A stretch of DNA of 64,000 nucleotides from Promethearchaeota archaeon (lineage in GTDB: Archaea; Asgardarchaeota; Lokiarchaeia; Sigyniarchaeales; SOKP01), in NCBI GenBank assembly GCA_048937405.1, contig JBHLNF010000001.1:560685-624684 (forward strand), in the 5' to 3' direction. This document shows positions 18,111-27,405 of the stretch, piece by piece. A program made the translations under genes and the position numbers. Numbering within the stretch: position 1 is the stretch's first letter; each line of letters opens with the position of its first letter. The notes under the pieces were generated by a model that had not been told where the DNA came from, ran no database searches, and saw nothing but the letters and a program-made list of their open reading frames with translations.

Positions 18111-18156
18111 ATTGAATGATATCCTTCAGTAAAAATGATAGTGAGGGATTGACAAT
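18111..18156 (+). ncRNA. SECIS element, eukaryote/Lokiarchaeota type (cis-regulatory RNA)
   Basis: AUUG A AUGA UAUCCUUCAGU AAAAA UGAU AGUGAGGGAUU GA CAAU: AUGA/GA kink-turn core, AUCCUUCA/UGAGGGAU helix, apical A-run 11 nt after AUGA, closing AUUG/CAAU helix; 32 nt after the stop of a UGA-containing gene. Confidence 0.85.
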
Positions 18157-18369
18157 AGGATAGCTTCCTTTAAGTATCTTTTAAATTTTTCAGTAAGTTA
18201 AATTGTAAGTATATAATTTTTTATGGTTTGTTTAAGGAATTATCTTGAATAAAGTATAAATTTATCTCGAATAATCAAGAGATAAGATTTCCGATCAGAA
18301 CAAACATTTTAAAGGAGAATCTAAAATATAAAAAAGAAAATAAGAATATTCATAAATTTGAATGTCTGA

Positions 18370-18831
18370 TTATACAATAAAAGAGATTGTGTCTACAACA
18401 TTTCCAAAAATCCCTGCTGTAAGAACCTTTTCAGGCTTAATAAATATTCTCGTAAATTTTTCCAAACCTCCGGCAGTCAGCTGTTCATAAATTTTTCTTG
18501 TCATCTCTCCGTGATAAGATAAGAATTCATCAAAGGTTTTTTGATTTAAAATTTCTAATTCTGCTTTACCCTTGATATATATAACTTTAGGCATTCCAGA
18601 CGAATCAGTTGCATCAAAAGTTAACCAAATATTGTTATTATTTTTGATATTGTTAATCTTTTTTCTTGTGTTTTTTGATAAGATAATACAATTTAATTGG
18701 GATGTTATTGAAAATTGAACCAGAGTTGTGTGAGGTTCACCATTACCACAAGTACTTAGGGAGCAATTTCTAATTTCTTTTAGGATATTTAGGATTTTAT
18801 CTTTTTGTTCTTCATTCAGTTTATTTACCAT
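18370..18831 (-). CDS. Pyridoxamine 5'-phosphate oxidase-like (split barrel) protein
   Basis: LSTCGNGEPH, RKKINNIKNNNNIWL, IKGKAE pattern. Confidence 0.8.
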   Translation of the reverse strand: MVNKLNEEQKDKILNILKEIRNCSLSTCGNGEPHTTLVQFSITSQLNCIILSKNTRKKINNIKNNNNIWLTFDATDSSGMPKVIYIKGKAELEILNQKTFDEFLSYHGEMTRKIYEQLTAGGLEKFTRIFIKPEKVLTAGIFGNVVDTISFIV

Positions 18832-18936
18832 ATTCTTTCACATTAAAGTTTTTTTGATTTTCAGGATATATATATTATTACATAAAACATCAGATATATT
18901 GGAATAATAATTACTTTAATTAATGTATTCCACAAT

Positions 18937-20613
18937 TTAAACCATTTTTATTTTTGGTTTGGTTATGATAAACTGACATTTTGGACAGATTTTATAATAG
19001 CGGTAACCTTGCATTGTGCTAAAAAAGTTCGAACCTAAAATACCTGCTGGTAAAATAAAAAGTGATACTCCCAGAAAAGCTAAAGCAATTGTACAAAAAC
19101 GACCTCCTGTAGTTATCGGGTATACATCGCCAAATCCAGTAGTTGTGAACGTGATAATTCCCATCCACAATGTAGTAGGAATATCTGAAAATTTAGTTGG
19201 TTGAGCATTTCTCTCTAAATAATAAATTAATGTAGAAGCAAATATAAGAAAAATACAACAGAGAGTAGTAGTAACTAAAAACTCTCGTTTTGTTTCCTTA
19301 AAAATTAATCCTGTAACCCTAAACACGTCAATAAAATGACCTATTTTAAAAATAACTAACATTCTTAAAATTTGAAGGTATAAAACTAAAATGCGAATAT
19401 GATTTAAAAAAAATATAAGATACAAAGCAATAAGAATAATAATGTCAATAATAGCTATTGGACTTAAGATATATTTTATTCTTCCTCTAATAGGATTCTT
19501 AAATTTCTCTTTTTTTGAAGCAACGACACACCAGACTCGTAATATATATTCAACGGAAAATACAATGATTGAAAATATTAACAGTGAATTTAATAAAGAT
19601 TTAAATTCTAAATATAATTCTGGATTGGTTCCAACCATTACTGCTAAAATATTTAGTGTGATAATACTTGCAAAGAAAATAAATACAATCTTTTGACCTA
19701 ATTTAGAGGGAAATCTAAAATGAATTAGCTTATATATTTTCTTTTTATAATTTCCCTTTGAAGAAATTTTTAAATCTTTTTTCTTGTCTTTCTTTTTTCT
19801 TAATTGCATTATAAACTCAGATTTTGAAATAACTTCTTGACAATTGGGACAAATTTCTGAGGAAGGTTTCCTCTCTTCAAGTTCCTCAAGGAATCCAGAT
19901 ACAATAACACTAGCGGGTAATAAGAATAATGTTATTCCAATAAAGGATATAATTCCTGATACAATTTTTCCAAATAGAGTTAAAGGTACAATATCCCCAT
20001 AACCGATTGTAAAAAGATTTATTGCCGTAAACCACATAGAGCTAAATAGATTAGTAATTTTATCAGGTTGGGCATCATGTTCAGCAATATATATGAATAT
20101 CGCTCCAAAAAACATCAAAATTAAAGAAAGCATTAAAGTGATTAATAATTCTTCTTTTTTGCGTTTTATTACCGCTAATATAATTTTAAAAGATCCAGAA
20201 TAACGAGTGAATTTAAGAAGTACAAATAAACGCAAAAATCGTGTAAAATCCATTACATCAATAACAAAAAAACCTATCAAATAGGTTACAAATGAGATAG
20301 CACTTAGAAAATCAATTACTCCTATAATACTTGTAAAATAATCCCATCGAGTTGAAATTGAATTTCCCACTCTAATTTTTTGATTATATGTCCAAAAACG
20401 GAGAAAATATTCCAAATTAAATGTAAAACCAATAATGCAAGATAATAAAATAAAGACTACATAGAATTGTTGTAGTAAATTTTTTTCGGTTTCTAATATT
20501 GCGATAGTCCCATATACAAAACTTGACATAATCAGCCAAATGGTTATAAATTTTGCTGAAATAGTCTTTACAATTGGAAAATTCAAACTTTTAAAGATTT
20601 TCTCTTTTATCAT
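18937..20613 (-). CDS. Potassium channel with two fused 6TM (Kv-like) repeats
   Basis: Two pore loops TIGYGD and TTGFGD, two EYxLRxW S2 motifs, S4-like RFLRLFVLLKFTR, each repeat followed by CPxC. Confidence 0.9.
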   Translation of the reverse strand: MIKEKIFKSLNFPIVKTISAKFITIWLIMSSFVYGTIAILETEKNLLQQFYVVFILLSCIIGFTFNLEYFLRFWTYNQKIRVGNSISTRWDYFTSIIGVIDFLSAISFVTYLIGFFVIDVMDFTRFLRLFVLLKFTRYSGSFKIILAVIKRKKEELLITLMLSLILMFFGAIFIYIAEHDAQPDKITNLFSSMWFTAINLFTIGYGDIVPLTLFGKIVSGIISFIGITLFLLPASVIVSGFLEELEERKPSSEICPNCQEVISKSEFIMQLRKKKDKKKDLKISSKGNYKKKIYKLIHFRFPSKLGQKIVFIFFASIITLNILAVMVGTNPELYLEFKSLLNSLLIFSIIVFSVEYILRVWCVVASKKEKFKNPIRGRIKYILSPIAIIDIIILIALYLIFFLNHIRILVLYLQILRMLVIFKIGHFIDVFRVTGLIFKETKREFLVTTTLCCIFLIFASTLIYYLERNAQPTKFSDIPTTLWMGIITFTTTGFGDVYPITTGGRFCTIALAFLGVSLFILPAGILGSNFFSTMQGYRYYKICPKCQFIITKPKIKMV

Positions 20614-20905
20614 GTGTACTTCTATATCTTAATTCTGTATCATGATTATTAAACAATTTTAAGAATTTTTAAAAATATTATTATACTTCACATTTTTATA
20701 GTTGTTGGCAAAAAGTAATCCTAAATTAGATTGAAAAAATTGTTAAGTTAATGAAAATGTTCTCAAAAAATAAAAAATAGAAATGCTCTAAGTTCTCAAT
20801 TTTTAATGATTACTATTTAAAATATGATTAAATGTTTTTTTAAATAAAAAAAAGTGGTTAGTATAGAATTTTGGCATAAAAGACAAATTGAAAATTTATT
20901 GAAAA

Positions 20906-21421
20906 CTAACTGTTCTCAGTTTTTGATATCATTTTAGAAATATTATCTATTTCCTTTACATAGTTTGCAGTTAAATCAGTTATTAATAGTTTTGAATTAC
21001 TAGTCGAAATTAAATTACCTTTCATATCATGTATTTTAGCGATTGCATGAAGAACATTGTTACTTTCATTAATTACCTTTCCTTGAACTCTAACTTTTTC
21101 CTCAACTTTAACTTTTCCTATAAAATCAACATGGAAATCCATACTAATTGGAAAGCCTTCATAACCTAAAGTGGCTACTGCCATACCAATAGCATTATCC
21201 AACATCCCACACTGTATTCCTCCATGGAATAAGTTAACGGGATTTGTCATTTCTGATCTAATGAAAAATTCCAATTCTACAAAACCACGTTCCACATTTA
21301 TAATTATCCCATTTAGCCATCTTGCATAAGCAATTTTGGCAAAATTTTTTAATTCAATACCTTTCATAGAATTAAAAAACGATAACATATGTTTTGAACG
21401 TTCATCAGTATTTTCAAGCAT
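20906..21421 (-). CDS. PaaI family thioesterase (hotdog fold)
   Basis: NPVNLFHGGIQCGMLD motif. Confidence 0.9.
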   Translation of the reverse strand: MLENTDERSKHMLSFFNSMKGIELKNFAKIAYARWLNGIIINVERGFVELEFFIRSEMTNPVNLFHGGIQCGMLDNAIGMAVATLGYEGFPISMDFHVDFIGKVKVEEKVRVQGKVINESNNVLHAIAKIHDMKGNLISTSNSKLLITDLTANYVKEIDNISKMISKTENS

Positions 21422-21430
21422 ATTTGATTA

Positions 21431-22234
21431 TCACCTAAATCTTTTTTCTAGTGTTTTTTGATGTATAGCGAAAGCTACAAAAAGAAATCCAAATCCAAAT
21501 CCTAGAAGTACTAAAATATCAATTAGTAATCCGAAAGATCCAAATGCACTGACCTCTCCTAAGCCAATGTTTAATACATCAAGACAATATGTAATTGGAG
21601 AGATTACTGCAGTTGCAATTGAATTAATTGGCATAAACAGCGGACTGATAAATAATAATGGAAATTTAATTAAAATTTGTAATATCATTGTATTTCCAGG
21701 ATTTCTTGTTGGTGGCGAGGAAATTATCAAACTAAAACTAGAAAAAACTAATGAAGCAAGAATCATACCGGTAATAATTAGAAAATAATTAATAACTAAT
21801 CCACTTGATAGGAATATTACTCCTAAAACCAAAGGAATTGACGAGAATAATAAACCATATATAAATGAACTCCAAATACTACCAATTAATATTGTCTTAA
21901 TTGAAACTGGACAAGTAGTTAAACGCTCAAAAGTACCACGAATAGTCTCCCATGGAAAAATGATTGGTCCCAATGAAGTCGAAGTTAAGAAAAGAACCAT
22001 TGCTATTATTCCAGAAATAAGGTAAATTGGTGATATGGTTCTTCCTATTGTAAAAGCAAAAAATAATATTATTGGAAAAAAGATCCCTTGAATTAATACA
22101 GGTGGTTTATTATAATAAATTCTCAAATCTTTTTTAGTAATTATAAAAGATCTCTTTATTTGAGTTTTAAAAGTACTAAACCTAGATTCTTTAGATAATA
22201 TAAATTCCTTATTAATTTTTATCACCTCTTTCAA
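21431..22234 (-). CDS. ABC-2 type transporter permease
   Basis: Six hydrophobic segments, ETIRGTFERLTTCPVS, SPITY. Confidence 0.9.
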   Translation of the reverse strand: MKEVIKINKEFILSKESRFSTFKTQIKRSFIITKKDLRIYYNKPPVLIQGIFFPIILFFAFTIGRTISPIYLISGIIAMVLFLTSTSLGPIIFPWETIRGTFERLTTCPVSIKTILIGSIWSSFIYGLLFSSIPLVLGVIFLSSGLVINYFLIITGMILASLVFSSFSLIISSPPTRNPGNTMILQILIKFPLLFISPLFMPINSIATAVISPITYCLDVLNIGLGEVSAFGSFGLLIDILVLLGFGFGFLFVAFAIHQKTLEKRFR

Positions 22235-23201
22235 TGATTTTTAAAAATGCATCTTCTAATTTTGGTTGATGCGTATTTACTTGTTTTATAATTAAATGAT
22301 TTTGCTTAATGAAATCTACAATTTCACAAATAGCCTTATGAATATCTTCAACAATTATGTGAAACCCTTCATTTACCTCTTGAACTTCTCTTACAGAACT
22401 CAATTCTTCAATTTTAGTTTTATTTACACCATTAGCAAAATAAAAATCGATTGCTTTATATTCTTGAGTTAATTTTTTTAAGTTTCTAGGAGTATCCAAA
22501 CTAATTACTTTACCATGATTAATAATTGCGATTCTATGACATAATTTATTCGCAACTTCCATGTCATGCGTTGTTAGAAATATTGTTACCCCTTTTTCAT
22601 TATACTCTCTTATCAATTGTTTTATTATACGAGCAGACTGCACATCTAATCCACTTGTGGGTTCATCAAGAAATAAAATTTCTGGATTACTCATTAACGC
22701 CATGCATAGCAATAATCTTTGTTTCATTCCCTTCGAATATTTCATTGATTTTAAATTGCGCTTTTCGTATAGTTCGAATTTTTTAAGTAAAGTCTCTGCG
22801 CGATTTAAGCGAGTTTTTTTAGGAACACCATAAATTTCTCCAATAAACATTAAATTCTGTAATCCAGTTAGGTCGAAATATACATTAGCTTCTTCAGGAA
22901 CGTTTCCTGTGATTTGTTTTACGAGAATTTGATTTTTCCATACATCATGGCCAAAAATAGATACATTTCCCTTTGTAGGTCTTAATACCCCTGTCATCAT
23001 CCGTATTGTTGTAGTTTTACCTGCGCCATTTGGACCTAAAAACCCAAAAACCTCCCCTTTTTTCACCTCGAAGCTAATATCGTCAACTGCACGAATATTA
23101 CCCTTTGTTTTCTGTGGAGTATTTGGTCCCATCTTCATACCTTTCCCTTTTTTTGGAACATCAAAATATTTAGATAGATGGTTTATCACTATAACACTCA
23201 T
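22212..23201 (-). CDS. ABC transporter ATP-binding protein (DrrA-like)
   Basis: GPNGAGKTT, YSKGMKQR, LDEPTSGLD. Confidence 0.95.
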   Translation of the reverse strand: MSVIVINHLSKYFDVPKKGKGMKMGPNTPQKTKGNIRAVDDISFEVKKGEVFGFLGPNGAGKTTTIRMMTGVLRPTKGNVSIFGHDVWKNQILVKQITGNVPEEANVYFDLTGLQNLMFIGEIYGVPKKTRLNRAETLLKKFELYEKRNLKSMKYSKGMKQRLLLCMALMSNPEILFLDEPTSGLDVQSARIIKQLIREYNEKGVTIFLTTHDMEVANKLCHRIAIINHGKVISLDTPRNLKKLTQEYKAIDFYFANGVNKTKIEELSSVREVQEVNEGFHIIVEDIHKAICEIVDFIKQNHLIIKQVNTHQPKLEDAFLKIIERGDKN

Positions 23202-23227
23202 TATTACACCTCTTTAAGAAAATCTCC

Positions 23228-23386
23228 TTATTTTTCCTCTTCTTCTAATTGAATGTGTTTTAAAAGTTCATTGATTGGTTGATCTCCATGACATTTAATA
23301 ATTTGATTTAAAGTACACCCCTGTGGATGCTTCTCTTTTATTTCTGGTTTATCACATTCACATTCTTCCGTTTCTTTAATTTTCAT
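23228..23386 (-). CDS. Small Cys/His-rich protein (52 aa)
   Basis: MKIKETEECECDKPEIKEKHPQGCTLNQIIKCHGDQPINELLKHIQLEEEEK*; preceded by AAGGT, 26 nt upstream of the ABC ATPase; below ORF-track cutoff. Confidence 0.75.
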   Translation of the reverse strand: MKIKETEECECDKPEIKEKHPQGCTLNQIIKCHGDQPINELLKHIQLEEEEK

Positions 23387-23577
23387 TTTATTAATACCTT
23401 TAACTTTTTTTTTCCATTTTTTTAATTTTCTAAATAATACAGATAAATCCCTCTATTATGTAATATTTCTGTATTCAGTTTGATATCTAAATTATTTTAC
23501 TGCCATTTTCTTAGTCTTACATTCATTATCAAAACCTAAATTGAACTACCATAATAAAGGTTTTTATTTGATTTTTA

Positions 23578-23604
23578 ATTAGTTAAATGATAGATTAAAC
23601 TAAT
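23578..23604. promoter_or_regulatory. Inverted repeat, candidate operator
   Basis: ATTAGTTAAAT-GATAG-ATTAAACTAAT (11-bp arms, one mismatch) in the divergent region before an ArsR-like gene. Confidence 0.5.
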
Positions 23605-23666
23605 CAAACCATATATTTAAATATTTCTAGAATCTTTATATTATAAGATTTTGATGGTTTAAGGAT

Positions 23667-24014
23667 ATGACGAAAGAAATAGATCTTGAAGATATTAGTA
23701 CATATGTAAAAGCTTTACATTGCCAAATTCGATGGGTTATAATAGACATTTTAGGAGATGGCCCAATGTCTTCAGATGATCTTTTTAATCATCTCAAAGA
23801 TGCTAGTGAAACCATAGATGATAAAAATCAATGTCATGGAATGTGTGGTAAAGGAGATTTTAAAAATTTGAAGAAAGCAAATTTATATTATCATCTTAGA
23901 GAATTAGAAAATGTAGGTATTATTAAATCGGATTATAAGCCAAGTGAAAATAAAAGAGCTCCTGAAAAGGTATGGAAGTTGAATATGGAAAAATTAACAA
24001 TAAACCTGAAGTAA
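23667..24014 (+). CDS. ArsR-like winged-helix regulator with Cys/His insert
   Basis: KALHCQIRWVIIDIL, NLYYHLRELENVGII; insert QCHGMCG. Confidence 0.85.
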   Translation: MTKEIDLEDISTYVKALHCQIRWVIIDILGDGPMSSDDLFNHLKDASETIDDKNQCHGMCGKGDFKNLKKANLYYHLRELENVGIIKSDYKPSENKRAPEKVWKLNMEKLTINLK

Positions 24015-24218
24015 TTAAATCCTATTCTCATTCTCTTATAAAAATAGCATCAACTTTTTACAAGATAAATTATAAATTTTTTTTAATTAATTAGAAAACA
24101 ATAGAATATAGTGTTTATATTCATATTTAGAAAATAAAGGAGATAGGTTTAAATAAGAGAATAGCACTTTTATCCTTAACATTTATTTTAAATATAAAAT
24201 TATAAAGTTGATATAAAA

Positions 24219-24641
24219 ATGAGTGAAAAAAGTAAGAAAGATTCAAATGAATTATTAAATATTCTGATGATTATCATCGGGCTTCTCTTTATCTTTAAAG
24301 CAGTTATGGAATTTTTAGCTTGGGCAGACATTCTTACACCAGAATGGGCAATAAATGATGATATACTTGCTGTTTTCGGTGGACAAGCAACAATTTCACT
24401 TTTACTAGGATTTTGGTGTTTAGTAGCGGGTATTGGATTGTTTAGGGAAGAGGAGTACGCATTAGGAATGGGATTGGTTGTATTAAGCATAATGGCGGCA
24501 TCAGGCATTATGACTATAATTTCATGGATCGGAGGAGGTTTTGATGCTTCATATTGGCCTAATTATCTTATAATAGTTGCAACAATAGTAGGCGTCTTAG
24601 GATTTTTCTGGTTACTTTTTACATACAAAAGGTATGATTAA
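24219..24641 (+). CDS. Four-TM membrane protein
   Basis: Four hydrophobic segments in 140 aa. Confidence 0.8.
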   Translation: MSEKSKKDSNELLNILMIIIGLLFIFKAVMEFLAWADILTPEWAINDDILAVFGGQATISLLLGFWCLVAGIGLFREEEYALGMGLVVLSIMAASGIMTIISWIGGGFDASYWPNYLIIVATIVGVLGFFWLLFTYKRYD

Positions 24642-24804
24642 ACTTTTGAAAATTTTTTCTTTTTTTTTCTTTTAATTTTAATTCCTATTCATAACTTTAA
24701 CAAAGTGAAGGATCATTTTAAAATTATTAAAAAAAACTAATTTAAGTCAACAAAAACAATAGTAATTGAGAATTTTCTTTTAATTATCTGTATTAGAATA
24801 ATCC

Positions 24805-25701
24805 TTAACCTTCAATTGCATCAAAAGTCCACATACTAAGAAATTTTTCTCTTAAATCATTAGCAAGATTAGGATCCACGACATTCATGCATGCAAATAT
24901 TTGGTAAGGTTTAATTGGATTTTGAAGTTTAAACATTATTCTTTTTTTATCAAATATATCGAATAACGTTGGTGATCTTTGATAAATGTATTTCATATTG
25001 CACCCAGGCAACTCCGGTGATAATCCATACAGTTCGTTCTGAATTTTTTTTAATTCATCGAAAATTTTAGCATTTTCTTCTTTTTGTTCCTTTGTAAGAG
25101 GGCGGTTATCATATTCAAAACTCCAGAGATCTCTTAATTTAACTCCGCGATTAAGCGCTTCTTTAAGCGCATTATAGATTAATTTTGCATAAGGTAAAAT
25201 TTTTAGAGTATTTTTATTGATAAATTCATTAAGAATTATCTCTTCTTTTGCTTCATCTATAAGTTTAACATAAAGAGAAAGGATAGATTTAGTTCCATAA
25301 ACTGTCGACCAGAAGATTTTTGAGGGTTCTTTTTGAATTAATACATCAGAATTATAAAGTTCAGACTCTAGAATTTTAGCCCGATCATATAAATATCCTA
25401 TTTTTCGTTTACTTTCTTTGGATTGAAAGCTAATTAAATTATCTAATCCTTTATTCAATGATATTGCCCTATATTTTTTTGGTCGAGATTCAACTATTTC
25501 AATTAGTCCTTTCTTGTTTAAATCATCTAAAATTTCATATATTCTTCCACTTGGAACAGTAGATTCTGAAGATATTTCCTTAGCGGTAGGGGGATTAGTT
25601 TTTGAAGAAGTTAAAAGTACTATATACGCATTGATTTCATAAGTTGAAAGGCTTGCTTCATTAAGAAATTCTTTTAATTCTTCCATTAAGGTTTTAGACA
25701 T
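24805..25701 (-). CDS. TrmB family transcriptional regulator
   Basis: LSTYEINAY, VPSGRIYEILDDL, SRPKKYRA; C-terminal PLD-like effector domain (IFDKK). Confidence 0.92.
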   Translation of the reverse strand: MSKTLMEELKEFLNEASLSTYEINAYIVLLTSSKTNPPTAKEISSESTVPSGRIYEILDDLNKKGLIEIVESRPKKYRAISLNKGLDNLISFQSKESKRKIGYLYDRAKILESELYNSDVLIQKEPSKIFWSTVYGTKSILSLYVKLIDEAKEEIILNEFINKNTLKILPYAKLIYNALKEALNRGVKLRDLWSFEYDNRPLTKEQKEENAKIFDELKKIQNELYGLSPELPGCNMKYIYQRSPTLFDIFDKKRIMFKLQNPIKPYQIFACMNVVDPNLANDLREKFLSMWTFDAIEG

Positions 25702-25751
25702 CACTATTCATATATAATATTTACAACTTAAAATTAGTTGTTTTTGATCGA
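25685..25751. repeat. 67-bp duplicated promoter segment, copy 1
   Basis: 66/67 identical to 27853-27919; includes first trmB codons and the palindrome ACAACT-N7-AGTTGT (25723-25741). Confidence 0.9.
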
Positions 25752-25798
25752 TTAATCATTATAAATACCATTTATTTTCATAAAATGGTGATTTCAAA

Positions 25799-26899
25799 AT
25801 GAATGATAATAACAACATTTATTTTAAATTGCAGCAACACTTTAATAGAATGCCTGTAGGACTTCCAAAATCTCAATCTGGAGTCGAAATTCGTTTATTA
25901 AAACTACTATTTACTGAAGAAGAAGCTCAGTTGGCAATGGAACTAAATTTTAATCCGCAGAAACTTGAAAAAATTTATCGAAGATTAAAGAATAATAACA
26001 TTTCTTTAGATGAATTAGATAATAAATTAGAGAAAATGTATGAAAACGGAACTGTTATAAGACTCATAAATAATGATGAAAAGCTATATTCTCTAGCAGC
26101 ATTAGTTCCAGGTATATTTGAATACCAATTAGGGCGTCTTACACCAGAACTAATCGATATAATCTTCCAATATTTTGAAGAAGCTTACTTTGAAAAGGAG
26201 TTTAACGTTTCAGGAATTCCTCAAGTTCGCACTGTACCTATTGAACAAGCTATTCCTATTGATTTACCGATTGCATCTTATGACAAGATTCGAAAGTTAA
26301 TAGATATCTCTAGTGAAATCGGTATTATGGATTGCATTTGTAGAAAGGCCCATGATATGATTGGTGATCCTTGTAAAAGAACAGATCTCAGAGAAACATG
26401 CTTAACATTTGGAGGAACAGCTAAAATATTCTATGAAAAAGGAGAAGCAAAATTCATATCAAAAGAAAAAGCTTGTGAATTGATAAAAGATTTTGAAGAA
26501 GCGGGATTAGTTCCACAAGTATCTAACTCCCAACAACCTGATTTTATATGTAACTGTTGTGGTTGTTGTTGTGAGGTACTAACAAATCAAAAACGCTTTG
26601 ATAAGCCTGCTGAATTATTTGCATCAAATTATCATGCAATTATTGATAAGAATTTATGTGTTGGATGTGGAGTTTGTGAAGAACGATGCAATATGGATGC
26701 TATTTCCTTAATTGATGGAGTTAGTGAGATTAACCTGGGAAGATGTATTGGATGTGGGCTCTGTATTCCTACTTGTTCTGAAAATGCAATAAAATTAGAA
26801 ATGAATGAGAAAGAGACTATACCACCATTGAATATACAAGGAACTTATATAGAGATTATGAATGCAAAAGCAAAATTAGCTCAAACTACTAAAAAATAA
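25799..26899 (+). CDS. 4Fe-4S dicluster protein with N-terminal HTH-like domain, copy 1
   Basis: CICR, CNCCGCCC, and two CxxCxxCxxxC motifs. Confidence 0.9.
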   Translation: MNDNNNIYFKLQQHFNRMPVGLPKSQSGVEIRLLKLLFTEEEAQLAMELNFNPQKLEKIYRRLKNNNISLDELDNKLEKMYENGTVIRLINNDEKLYSLAALVPGIFEYQLGRLTPELIDIIFQYFEEAYFEKEFNVSGIPQVRTVPIEQAIPIDLPIASYDKIRKLIDISSEIGIMDCICRKAHDMIGDPCKRTDLRETCLTFGGTAKIFYEKGEAKFISKEKACELIKDFEEAGLVPQVSNSQQPDFICNCCGCCCEVLTNQKRFDKPAELFASNYHAIIDKNLCVGCGVCEERCNMDAISLIDGVSEINLGRCIGCGLCIPTCSENAIKLEMNEKETIPPLNIQGTYIEIMNAKAKLAQTTKK

Positions 26900-26902
26900 G
26901 AG

Positions 26903-27346
26903 GTGGTCTATGTGAATGTAAGTAAAGATATGGAAGAAAATATAAAAGAACATTTTGGATATAACGATGAAGAAGTTAAGATTTTTCTTGATAATCCTAG
27001 AAACATTGATGTTCTTTCAAAATCAATGAAGTTGCTTGGAAAAACTATTATCGCTGAAGTTGTTGAATCGCATGGCTGTAATAGTCAGCATAAAGTAGGA
27101 GATAAGATCTATTTTGATGGAGGAGGAAGTCTCCTGACTAAATTATCCCCTAGTCGAATATGTATCTATGCAATAGCAGATCTTAAAAGATTAATCACCT
27201 CAGCTAATGAATTACTTTTTGCTGGGGTAGATCCAAATGAAATGCGATTTAAACGAATTAGTTGTAGTGATGTAGGATTAAAATGTGGTGGATGGGGACA
27301 AATTGTCCTAGAGCTTAAAGTAGTAGATAGAAATAAATTAAAATAA
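26903..27346 (+). CDS. Small Cys-motif protein (TIGR04076-like), copy 1
   Basis: GCNSQHKVGDKIYF, ICIYA, SCSDVG...GGWG. Confidence 0.8.
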   Translation: MVYVNVSKDMEENIKEHFGYNDEEVKIFLDNPRNIDVLSKSMKLLGKTIIAEVVESHGCNSQHKVGDKIYFDGGGSLLTKLSPSRICIYAIADLKRLITSANELLFAGVDPNEMRFKRISCSDVGLKCGGWGQIVLELKVVDRNKLK

Positions 27347-27405
27347 TTTTTTTTTTTATTATTTTGAGTTAAATTATAAATTTCTGCCAATTCGAGAAAA
27401 TCTTC

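Noticed and set aside
17060-18310. Similar short sequences (TTTTATGGTTT; TTTCC..ATCAGAA) on both sides of the selenoprotein genes as mobile-element ends
   Set aside because: Short, AT-rich, unevenly spaced, and no transposase or integrase nearby.
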